This document shows positions 51,801 to 64,000 of a DNA stretch of 64,000 nt, one piece after another. The position numbers and the translations under genes were made by a program. Under the pieces are notes generated by a model. It was not told the origin of the DNA, made no database searches, and worked only from the letters and a program-made list of their open reading frames with translations. Origin of the DNA: Squalus acanthias (lineage: Eukaryota); the NCBI GenBank assembly GCA_030390025.1, contig CM059431.1:136588001-136652000 (forward strand), read 5' to 3'. How positions within the stretch are numbered: the first letter of the stretch is position 1; each line of letters begins with the position of its first letter.

Positions 51801-54800
51801 ACCCATCTCTGTACGGCCCCACCCTATTACCCATCTCTGTACGGCCCCATCCTATTACCCATCTCTGTACGGCCCCATCCTATTACCCATCTCTGTACGC
51901 CCCATCCTATTACCCATCTCTTTACGGCCCATCCTATTACACATCTCTTTACGGTCCCATCCTATTACCCATCTCTGTACGGCCCAATCCTATCACCAAT
52001 CTCTGTACGGCCCCATCCTATTACCCATCTCTGTACAGCCTATCCTATCACCAATCTCTGTACTGCCCCATCCTATTACCCATCTCTGTACGGCCCCATC
52101 ATATTACCCATCTCTGTACGTCCCCATCCTATTACCCATCTCTGCACAGCACCACCCTATTACCCATCTCTGTATGGCCCCATCCTATTACCCAACTCTG
52201 TATGGTCCCATCCTACTACCCATCTCTGTACAGCCCCATCCTATTACCCATCTCTGTATGGCCCCATCCTATTACCCATCTCTGTACGGCCCGATCCTAT
52301 TACCCAACTCTATACTGCCCCACCCTGTTACCCATCTCTGTATGGCCCCATCCTATTACCCATCTCTGTAAGGCCCCATCCTATTACCCATCTCTGTACG
52401 CCCATCCTATTACCCATCTCTTTACGGCCCATCCTATTACACATCTCTTTACGGTCCCAGCCTATAGCTCATCTCTGTACGGCCCCATCCTATTACCCAT
52501 CTCTGTACGGCCCCATCCTATTACCCATCTATGTACAGCCCCATCCTATTACCCATCTCTGTACAGCCCCATCCTATTACCCATCACTGTGCTGCCCCAT
52601 CCTATTACCCATCTCTGTACAGCCCCATCCTATTACCCATCTCTGTACGGTCCCATCCTATTACCCATCTCTGTACGGTCCCATCCTATTACCCACCTCT
52701 GTACGGCCCCATCCTATCACCCATCTCTGTATGGCCTCATCGTATTACCCATCTCTGTATGGCCCCATAATATCACCCATCTCTGTACGGCCCCATCCTA
52801 TTACACATCTCTGTACGGTCCCATCCTATTACCCATCTCAGTATGGCCCCATCCTATTACCCATCTCTGTACGACCCATTCTATTACCCATCTCTGTACC
52901 GCACCATCCTATTACCCATCTCTCTCGTGCCCCATCCTATTACCCACCTCTGTACAGCCCCATCCTACTACCCATTTCAGTGCAGCCCCATCCTATTACC
53001 CATCTCTGTACGGCCCCATCCTATTACCCATCTCTGTACTGGCCCATCCTATTACACATCTCTGAACAGCATCATCCTATTACCCATGTCTGTACGGCCC
53101 CATCCTATTACCCATCTCTGTACGGCCCCATCCTATTACCCATCACTGTACGGCCCCATCCTATTACCCTGCTCTGTATGGCCCCATCCTATTACCCATC
53201 TCTGTACGGCCCTATCCTATTACCCTTCTCTGTACGGCCCCATCCTATTACCCATCTCTTTGGGCCCCATCCTATTACCCACCTCTGTACGGCCCCATCC
53301 TATTACCCATCTCTATAAGACACCATCCTATTACCCTTCATTGTACGGCTCCATCCTATTGCCCATCTCTGTGGTTCCCCATCCTATTACCCCTCTCTGT
53401 ACGCCCCATCCTATCACCCATCTCTATATGCCCCATCCTATTATCCATCTCTGTACGGCCCCCTCCTATTACCCATTTCTGTCTGGCCCCATCCTATTAA
53501 ACATTTCTATACGGCCCCGTCCTATTACCCATCTCTGTATGCCCCATCCTATCACCCATCTCTGTACGGCCCCGACCTATTACCCATCTCTGTCTGGTCC
53601 CATCCTATTACCCATCTCTGTACGGCCCCATCCTATTACCCATCTCTGTATGGTCCCATCCTATTACCCATCTCTGTACGGCCCCATCCTATTACCGATC
53701 TCTGTACAGCCCCATCCTATTACCCATCTCTGTACGGCCCCATTCTATTAACCATCTCTGCACAGCCCCATCCTATTACCCATCTCTGCGCTGCCCCCTC
53801 CTATTACCCATCTCTGTGCTGCCCATCCTATTACCTATCTCTGTACGGTCCCATCCTATTACCCATCTCTGTATGGCCCCATCCTATCACCCATCTCTGT
53901 ACGGCCCCATCCTGTTACCCATCTCTGTACAGCCCCATCCTATCACCCATCTCTGTACGGCCCCATCCTATCACCCATCTCTGTACGGTCCCAGCCTGTT
54001 ACCCATCTCTGTACGGCCCCATCCTATTACTCATCTCTTACGGCCCCATCCTATCACCCTTCTCTGTACGGCCCCATCCTATTACACATCTCTGTACGGC
54101 CCCATCCTATTACCCATCTCTGTACGGCTCCTTCCCATTACCCATCTCTCTAGTGCCCCATCCCATAACCCATCTCTGTACTGCCCCATCCTATTACCCA
54201 TCTCAGTACGGCTCCATCCTATCACCCATCTCTGTACAGCCCCATCCTATTACACATCTCTGTACGGCCCCATCCTATTACCCATCTCTGTACGGCCCCA
54301 ACGTATTACCCTTCTCTGTACGGCTTAATCCTATTACCCAAATTCTGTACAGCCCCATCCTATTACCCATCTCGGTACGGCGCCATCCTATTACACATCT
54401 CTGCCCGGCTTTATCCTATTTCCCATCTCTGTACGTCCCCATTCTATTACCCGTCTCTGCCTGGCCCCATCCTATTACCCATTTCTGTACTGCCCCATCC
54501 TATTACCCATCCCTCTACGGCCCCCTCCTATTACCCATCTCTGTATGGCCACAACCTATTACCAATCTCTGTACGGCCCCATCCTATTACCCATCTCTGT
54601 ACGGACCCCTCCTATTACCCATCTCTGTATGGCCCCATCCTATTACCAATCTCTGAAATGCCCCATCCTATTACCAATCTCTGAAAGGCCCCAACCTATT
54701 ACACATCTCCGTATGACCCCATCCCATTATCCATCTCTTTGGGCCCCATCCTATTACCGTTCCCTGGACGGCTCCATCCTATTACCCATCTCGATATGTC

Positions 54801-57800
54801 CCCATCCTATTACCAAGCTCTGCACGGCCCCATTATATTACCCATCTCGATATGGCCCCATCCTATTACCCATCTCTGTACCGCCCCGTCCTTTTACCCA
54901 TCTCTGTACGCCCCATCCTATCACCCATCTCTGTACGGCCTCGACCTATTACCCATCTCTGTCTGGCCCCATCCTATTACCCATCCATGTACGGCCCCAT
55001 CCTATTCCCCATCTCTGTACAGCCCCATCCTATTACACATCTCTGTACAGCCCCATCCTATTACCCATCTCTGTACGGCCCCATCCTATTATCCATCTCT
55101 GTACAGCCGCATCCTATTACCCAACTCTGTACGGCCCCATCCTATCACCCATCTCTGTATGGACCCATCCTATTACCCATCTCTGTACGCCCCATCCCAT
55201 TACCCATCTCTGTATGGCCGCATCTCATTATCCATCTCTGTACAGCCCCTTCCTATTACCCATCTTTGTACGCCCCTTCCTATTACCCATCTATGTACGC
55301 CCCATCTTATTACCCATCTCTGTACGGCCCCATTCTATTAACCATCTCTGTACGGCCCCATCCTATTACCCATCTCTGTACGGCCCCATCCTATTACCCA
55401 TCTCTGTACTGCCCCATCCTATTACCCATCTCTGTACGGCCCCATCCTATTACCCATCTCTGTACGCCCCATCCTATTACCCATCTCTGTATGGACCCCT
55501 CCTATTACCCATCTCTGTATGGCCCCATCCTATTACCAATCTCTGAAATGCCACATCCTATTACCAATCTCTGAAAGGCCCCAACCTATTACCCATCTCT
55601 GTACGACCCCATCCTATTACCCATCTCTTTGGGCCCCTTCCTATTACCGTTCTCTGGACGTCCCCATCCTATTACCCATCTCGATATGGCCCCATCCTAT
55701 TACCCAGCTCTGCTCGGCCCCATTATATTACCCATCTCGATATGGCCCCATCCTATTACCCATCTCTGTACCGCCCCGTCCTATTACCCATCTCTGTACG
55801 CCCCATCCTATCACCCATCTCTGTACGGCCCCGACCTATTACCCATCTCTGTCTGGCCCCATCCTATTACCCATCTATGTACGGCCCCATCCTATTCCCC
55901 ATCTCTGTACAGCCCCATCCTATTACCAATCTCTGTACAGCCCCATCCTATTACCCATCTCTGTACGGCCCAATCCTATTATCCATCTCTGTACAGCCGC
56001 ATCCTATTACCCATCTCTGTACGGCCCCATCCTATCACCCATCTCTTTATGGCCCCATCCTATTTCCCATCTCTGTACGCCCCATCCCATTACCCATCTC
56101 TGTATGGCCGCTTCTCATTATCCATCTCTGTACAGCCCCTTCCTATTACCCATCTTTTTACGGCCCCATCCTATTACCCATCTCTGTACGGCCCCATCCT
56201 ATTACCCATCTCTGTACGGCCACATTCTATTAACCATCTCTCTACGGCCCCATCCTATTACCCATCTCTGTACAGCACCATCCTATTACCCATCTCTGTG
56301 CTGCCCCATCCTATTACCCATCTCTGTGCTGCCCATCCTATTACTTATCTCTGTACGGTCCCATCCTATTACCCATCTCTGTGTGGCCCCATCCTATCAC
56401 CCATCTCTGTACGGCCCCATCCTATTACCTATGTCTGTACGGCCCCATCCTATTACCCATCTCTGTACAGCCGCATTCTATCACCCATCTCTGTACTGTC
56501 CCATCCCATAACCCTTCTCTGTACGGCCCCATCCTATCACCCATCTCTGTACAGCCCCATCCTATTCCACATCTCTGTACGGCCCCATCCTATTACCCAT
56601 CTCTGTACGGCCCCAACGTATTACCCATCTCTGTATGGCTTAATCCTATTACCCAAATTCTGTACAGCCCCATCCTATTACCCGTCTCGGTACGGCTCCA
56701 TCCTATTACCCATCTCTGCCCGGCTTTATCCTATTTCCCATCTCTGTACGTCCCCATTCTATTACCCATCTCTGCCTGACCCCATCCTATTACCCATCTC
56801 TGTACTGCCCCATCCTATTCCCCATCTCTGTACGGCCCCCTCCTACTACCCATCTCTGTATGGCCACAACCTTTTACCAATCTCTTACGGCCCCATCATA
56901 TTACCCATCTCTGTACGGCCCCCTGTTATTACCCATCTCTGTATGGCACCATCCTATTACCAATCTCTGAAAGGCCCCAACCTATTACCCATCTCGATAC
57001 GACCCCATCCTATTACCCATCTCTTTGGGCCCCATCCTATTACCGTTCTCTTGTCGGCCCCATCCTATTACCCATCTCGATATGGCCCCATCCTATTACC
57101 CAGCTCTGCTCGGCACCATTCTATTACCCATCTCGATATGGCCCCATCCTATTACCCATCTCTGTACTGCCCCATCCTATTCCCCATCTCTGTACGGCCC
57201 CCTCCTACTACCCATCTCTGTATGGCCACCACCTATTACCAATCTCTTACGGCCCCATCATATTACCCATCTCTGTACGGCCCCCTGCTATTACCCATCT
57301 CTGTATGGCACCATCCTATTACCAATCTCTGAAATGCCCCATCCTATTACCAATCTCTGAAAGGCCCCAACCTATTACCCATCTCGATACGACCCCATCC
57401 TATTACCCATCTCTTTGGGCCCCATCCTATTACCGTTCTCTTGTCGGCCCCATCCTATTACCCATCTCGATATGGCCCCATCCTATTACCCAGCTCTGCT
57501 CGGCCCCATCCTATTACCCATCTCGATATGGCCCCATCCTATTACCCATCTCTGTACGGCCCCATCCTATTACCCATCTCTGTATGGCACCATCCTATTA
57601 CCCATCTCTGTACGGCCCCATCCTATTACCCATTGCTGTTCTACCCCTCCTATTACCCATCTCTGTATGGCCCCATCCTATTACCCATCTCTGTATGGCA
57701 CCATCCTATTACTCATCTCTGTACGGCACCATCCTATTACCCATCTCTGTTCTACCCCATCCCATTACCCATGTCTGTACGGCCCCATCCTACTATCCAT

Positions 57801-60800
57801 CTCTGTACGCCCCATCCTATCACCCAACTCTGTACGGCCCCGAACTATTACCCATCTCTGTCTGGCCCCATCCTATTACCCATCTATGTACGGCCCCATC
57901 CTATTCCCCATCTCTGTACAGCCCCATCCTATTACCCATCTCTGTACAGCCCCACCCTATTACCCATCTCTGTACGGCTCCATCTTATTATCCAGCTCTG
58001 TACAGCCCCATCCTATTACCAATCTCTGTACGGCCCCATCCTATCACCCATCTCTGTATTGCCCCATCCTATTACCCATCTCTGTACGCCCCATCCTATT
58101 ACCCATCTCTGTATGGCCGCATCCCATTATCCATCTCTGTACAGCCCCTTCCTATTCCCCATCTTTGTACGCCCCTTCCTATTACCTATCTATGTACGCC
58201 CCATCCTATTACCCATCTCTGTACGGTCCCATCCTATAACCCATCTCTGTACGGCCCCATCCTATTACCCATCTCTGAACGGCCCCATCCTATTACCCAT
58301 CTCTGTAAGGCCCCATTCTATTAACCATCTCTCTACGGCCCCATCCTATTACCCATCTCTGTAAAGCCCCATCCTATTACCCATCTCTGTGCTGCCCCAT
58401 CCTATTACCCATCTCTGTACGGTCCCATCCTATTACCATTCTCTGTATGGCCCCATCCTATCACCCATCTCTGTACGGCCCCATCCTATCACCCATCTCT
58501 GTACGGCCCCATCCTATTACCCATCTCTGTACGGCCCCATCCTATTACCCATCTCTGTACAGCCCCATCCTATCACCCATCTCTGTACTGTCCCATCCTG
58601 TTACCCATCTCTGTACGGTCCCATCCTATTACCCATCTCTGTACGGCCCCATCCTGTTACCCATCTCTGTACGGCACCACCCTATTGCCCATTTATGTAT
58701 GGCCCCATCCTATTACCCATCTCTGTACGGCCACATCCTACTACCCATCTCTGTACGGCCCCATCCTATTACCCATCTCTGTACGGCCCCATCCTATTAC
58801 ACATCTCTGTACGGCCCGATCCTATTACCCAACTCTGTACGGCCCCATCCTGTTACCCATCTCTGTACGGTCCCATCCTACTACCCATCTCTGTACAGCC
58901 TCATCCTATTACCCATCTCTGTACGGCCCCATCCTATTACGCATCTCTGTACGTCCCCATCCTATTACCCATCTCTATACGGCACCACCCTATTACCCAT
59001 CTCTGTATGGCCCCATCCTATTACCCAACTCTGTACGGTCCCATCCTACTACCCATCTCTGTACAGCCCCATCCTATTACCCATCTGTGTACGGCCCGAT
59101 CCTATTACCCATCTCTGTACTGCCCCACCCTATTACCCATCTCTGTATGGCCCCATCCTATTACCCAACACTGTACGGTCCCATCCTACTACCCATCTCT
59201 GTACAGCCCCATCCTATTACCCATCTCTGTACGGCCCGATCCTATTACCCATCTCTGTACGGCACCACCCTATTACCCATCTCTGTATGGCCCCATCCTA
59301 TTACCCAACTCTGTACGGTCCCATCCTACTACCCATCTCTGTACAGCCCCATCCTATTACCCATCTCTGTACGGCCCCATCCTATTACCCATCTCTGTAC
59401 AGCCCCATCCTATTACCCATCTCTGTACGGCCCCATCCTATTATCCATCTCTGTACGCCCCATCCTATTACCCATCTCTGTACAGCCACATCCTATTTCC
59501 CATCTCTGTACGGCCCATCCTATTACCCATCTCTTTACAGCCCATCCTATTACACATCTCTTTACGGTCCCATCCTATTACCCATCTCTGTACGGTCCCA
59601 TCCTATTACGCTTCTCTGTACGGCCCGATCCTATTACCCACCACTGTACGGCCCCATCCTATTACCCATCTCTGTACAGCCCCATCCTATCACCCATCTC
59701 TGTATGGCCCCATCCTATTACCCAGCTCTGTATGGCCCCATACTATCACCCATCTCTGTACGGTCCCATCCTATTACCCATCTCAGTACGGCCCCATCCT
59801 ATTACCCATCTCAGTACGGCCCCATCCTATTACACATCTCTGTACGGTCCCATCCTATTACCCATCTCAGTACGGCCCCATTCTATTACCCATCTCAGTA
59901 CGGCCCCATCCTATTACCCATCTCTGTACCGCACCTTCCTATTACCCATCTCTCTAGTGCCCCATCCCATTACCCATCTCAGTATGGCCCCATCCTATTA
60001 CACATCTCTGTACGGTCCCATCCTATTACCCATCTCAGTACAGCCCCATCCTATTACCCATCTCTGTACGGCCCATCCTATTACCCATCTCTGTACGGCC
60101 CATCCTATTACCCATCTCTGTACCGCACCTTCCTATTACCCATCACTCTAGTGCCCCATCCCATTACCCATCTCAGTACGCCCCCATCCTATTACACAGC
60201 TCTGTACGGTCCCATCCTATTACCCATCTCAGTACAGCCCCATCCTATTACCCATCTCTGTACGGCCCATCATATTACCCATCTCTGTACAGCCCCATCC
60301 TATTACCCATCTCTGTACGCCCCATCCTATTACCCATCTCCGTACGATCCCATCCTATTGCCCATCTCAGTACGGCCCCATCCTATTATCCATCTCTGTA
60401 CAGCCCCATCCTATCACCCATCTCTGTACGGCCCCATCCTATTACCCATCTCTGTACGATCCAACGTATTACCCATCTCTGTACGGCTTAATCCTGTTAC
60501 CCAAATTCTGTACAGCCACATCCTATTACCCATCTCTGTACGGCCACTTCCCATTACCCATCTCTCTAGTGCCCCATCCCATAACCCTTCTCTGTTCGGC
60601 CCCATCCTATTAACCATCTCTCTACGGCCCCATCCTATTACCCATCTCTGTGCAGCCGCATCCTATTACCCATCTCTGTGCTGCACCATCCTATTACCCA
60701 TCTCTGTGCTGCCATCCTATCATCCATCTCTGTATGGCCCCTTCCTATTACCCATCTATGTACGGCCCCATCCTATCACCCATCTCTGTACTGCTCCATC

Positions 60801-63800
60801 CTATTACCCATCTCTGTACGGCCCCATCCTATCACCCTTCTCTGTACGGCCCCATCCTATTACCCATCTCTGTACGGCCCCATCCTATTACTCATCTCTG
60901 TACGGCCACTTCCCATTACCCATCTCTATATTGCCCCATCCCATAACCCTTCTCTGTACGGCTCCATCCTATCACCCATCTCTGTACGGCCCCATCCTAT
61001 TACCCATCTCTGTACGGCCCCAACGTATTACCCATCTCTGTACGGCTTAATCCTATTACCCAAATTCTGTACAGCCACATCCTATTACCCATCTCTATAC
61101 GGCCACTTCCCATTACCCATCTCTCTAGTGCCCCATCCCATAACCCTTCTCTGTACGGCCCCATCCTATTAACCATCTCTCTACGGCCCCATCCTATTAC
61201 TCATCTCTGTACAGCCCCAGCCTATTACCCATCTCTGTGCTGCACCATCCTATTACCCATCTCTGTGCTGCCCATCCTATTACCCATCTCTGTATGGCCC
61301 CATCCTATTACCCATCTCTGTACAGCCCCATCCTAATACGCATCTATTTACGGACCTATTCTATTACCCATCTCTGTACGGTCCCATCCTATTACCCATC
61401 TCTGTATGGCCCCATCCTATTACCCATCTCTGTACAGCCCCATCCTAATATGCATCTCTTTACGGACCTATTCTATTACCCATCTCTGTATGGCACCATC
61501 CTATTACACATCTCTGTATGGCCCCATCCTATTAACCATCTTTGTATGGCCCCAACCAATTACCCATCTCTGTTCTACCTCATCCTATTACCCATCTCTG
61601 TACGGCCCGATCCTATTACCCATCTCTGTACGGCCCAATCCTATTACCCATCTCTGTACGGCCCCATCCTATTACCCATCTCTGTACGGCCCCATCCTAT
61701 TACCCATCTCTGTACGGCTCAATCCTATTACCCATCTCTGTACAGCCCCATCCTATTACCCATCTCTGTACGGCCCCATCCTATAACCCATCTGTGTAGG
61801 GCCCCATCCTATTACCCATCTCAGTACGGCCCCATCCTATTACCCATCTCTTTATGGTCCCATCCTATTACCCATCTCTGTACGGCCCCATCCTATTACC
61901 CATCTCAGTAAGGCCCCATCCTATTACCCATTTCTGTGCTGCCCCATCCTATTACCCATCTCTGTGCTGCCCTTTCTATTACCCATCTATGTACGGTCCC
62001 ATCCTATTTCCCATCTCTGTACGTCCCCATCCTAATACCCATCTCTGTACAGCCCCATCCTATTACCCATCTCTGTACGGCCCCATCCTATTACCCATCT
62101 CTGTACGTCCCCATCCTACTACCCATCTCTGTACATCCCTATCCTATTACCCATCTCTGTACGGCCCCATCCTATTACCCATCTCGATATGACCGCATCC
62201 TATTACCCATCTCTGTACAGCCCCATCCTAATACGCATCTCTTTACCGACCCATTCTATTACCCATCTCTGTACGGCCCCATCCTATTACCCATCTCTGT
62301 ATGGCATCATCCTATTACACATCTCTGTACGGCCCCATCCTATTACCCATCTCTGTTCTACCCCATCCTATTACCCATCTCTGTATGGCTCCATCCTATT
62401 ACCCATCTCTGTATGGCACCATCCTATTAATCATCTCTGTACGGCCCCATCCTATTACCCATCTCAGTAAGGCCCCATCCTATTACCCATCTCTGTACGG
62501 CCACATCCTATTACCCATCTCTTTATAGTCCCATCCTATTACCCATCTCTGTATGGCCCCATCCTTTGTCCCATCTCTGTGCAGCCCCATCCTATTAACC
62601 ATCTCTGTGCAGCCCCATCCTATTACCCATCTCTGTGCAGCCCCATCCTATTAACCATCTCTGTGCAGCCCCATCCTATTACCCATCTCTGTGCAGCCCC
62701 ATCCTATTAACCATCTCTGTGCAGCCCCATCCTATTACCCATCTCTGTACGGCCCCATCCTATTAGCCATCTCTGTACAGCCCCATCCTATTACCCATAT
62801 CTGTACGGCCCCATCCTATTACCCATCTCTGTACAGCCCCATCCTATTACCCATCTCTGTATGGCCCCATCCTATTAGCCATCTCTGTACGGCCCCACCC
62901 TATTACCCATCGCTGTACGGCCAAATCCTATTACCCATCTCTTACGGCCCCATCCTATTACCCAACTCTGTACGGCCCCATCCTATAACCAATCTCTGTA
63001 CGGCCCCACCCTATTACCCATCTCTGTACGGCCCGACTCCAATTACCCATCTCTGTACGGCCCCATCCTATTACCCATCTCTGTATGGCCCCATCCTATT
63101 AGCCATCTCTGTACGGCCCCACCCTATTACCCATCTCTGTACAGCCCCATCCTATTCGCCATCTCTGTACAGCCCCATCCTATTACCCATCTCTGTACGG
63201 CCCCATCCTATTACCCATCTGTGTATGGCCCCATCCTATTACCCATCTCTGTTCTGCCCCATCCTATTACCCATCTCTTTACGGCCCCATCCTATTACCC
63301 ATCTCTGTACGGCCCCATCCTATTTCCCATCTCTGTACGGCCCCATACTATTACCCATCTCTGTACGGCCCCATCCTATTACCCATCTCTGTACAGCCCC
63401 ATCCTATTACCCATCTCAGTGCGGCCCCATCCTATTACCCATCTCTGTACGGTCCCATCCTCTTACCCTTCTCTGTACGGCCCCATCCTATTACCCTTCT
63501 CTGTACAGCCCCATCCTATTACCCTTCTCTGTACAGCCCCATCCTATTACCCTTCTCGGTATGGCCCCATCCTATTTCCAATCTCTGTACGGCCCCATAC
63601 TATTACCCATCTCTGTACGGCCCCATCCTATTACCCATCTCTGTACAGCCCCATCCTATTTTCCATCTCTGTACGGCCCCATCCTATTACCCATCTCTGT
63701 ACGGCCCCATCAAATTACCCATCTCTGTACGGCCCCATCCTATTACCCTTCTCTGTACGGCCCCATCCTATTACCCTTCTCTGTACAGCCCCATCCTATT

Positions 63801-64000
63801 ACCCTTCTCTGTACGGCCCCATCCTATTACCCATCTCTGTACGGCCCCATCCTATTACCGTTCTCTGTACGGCCCCATCCTATTACCCATCTCTGTACGG
63901 CCCCATCCTATCACCCATCTATGTACAGCCCCTTCCTATTACCTATCTCTGTATGGCCCCATCCTATTACCCATCTCTGTACGTCCCCATCCTATTACCC
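48886..64000. repeat. 28-bp C-rich tandem satellite (consensus CCCCATCCTATTACCCATCTCTGTACGG); runs off the right edge
   Basis: Continuous 28-bp monomers, occasionally 27 bp, with local higher-order duplications. Confidence 0.98.

Noticed and set aside
48859..62528. Very long Pro/Tyr/His-rich ORFs (up to 1302 aa) resembling extensin or adhesive proteins
   Set aside because: The 28-mer has no + strand stop, and 28 mod 3 = 1, so all three frames give the same 28-aa repeat. Frequent 27-bp monomers shift frame freely, and there are no unique termini.
48886..64000. Telomeric repeat
   Set aside because: No (CCCTAA)n or (TTAGGG)n tract; only C-rich.

Overview
Vertebrate heterochromatin-type DNA with no host genes. 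It is probably from a cartilaginous fish, judged from the CR1/HER1-type LINE 3' tails. Positions 1-40662 are a 43-bp tandem satellite with nested higher-order repeats. It carries three near-identical 5'-truncated CR1 LINE copies (+ strand, amplified as part of a ~5.5-kb unit) and one independent, internally deleted CR1 copy (- strand). Positions 40663-48885 are an 8.2-kb defective LTR retroelement. It has ~1.17-kb TGTA...TACA LTRs, a tRNA-Arg PBS, a coiled-coil/CCHC gag ending in UGA-CUAG, and a protease. Its pol lacks RT and the integrase core but keeps a retrovirus-type RNase H tail. Its decayed env resembles a Mononegavirales/baculovirus F-type fusion protein with an N-terminal Ig-like domain. 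The best interpretation is a lokiretrovirus-like endogenous retrovirus. Positions 48886-64000 are a different, C-rich 28-bp satellite. The provirus sits exactly at the junction of the two satellites and has no target-site duplication. The long ORFs in both satellites are repeat artefacts. All family assignments are by motif recognition, without database searches.
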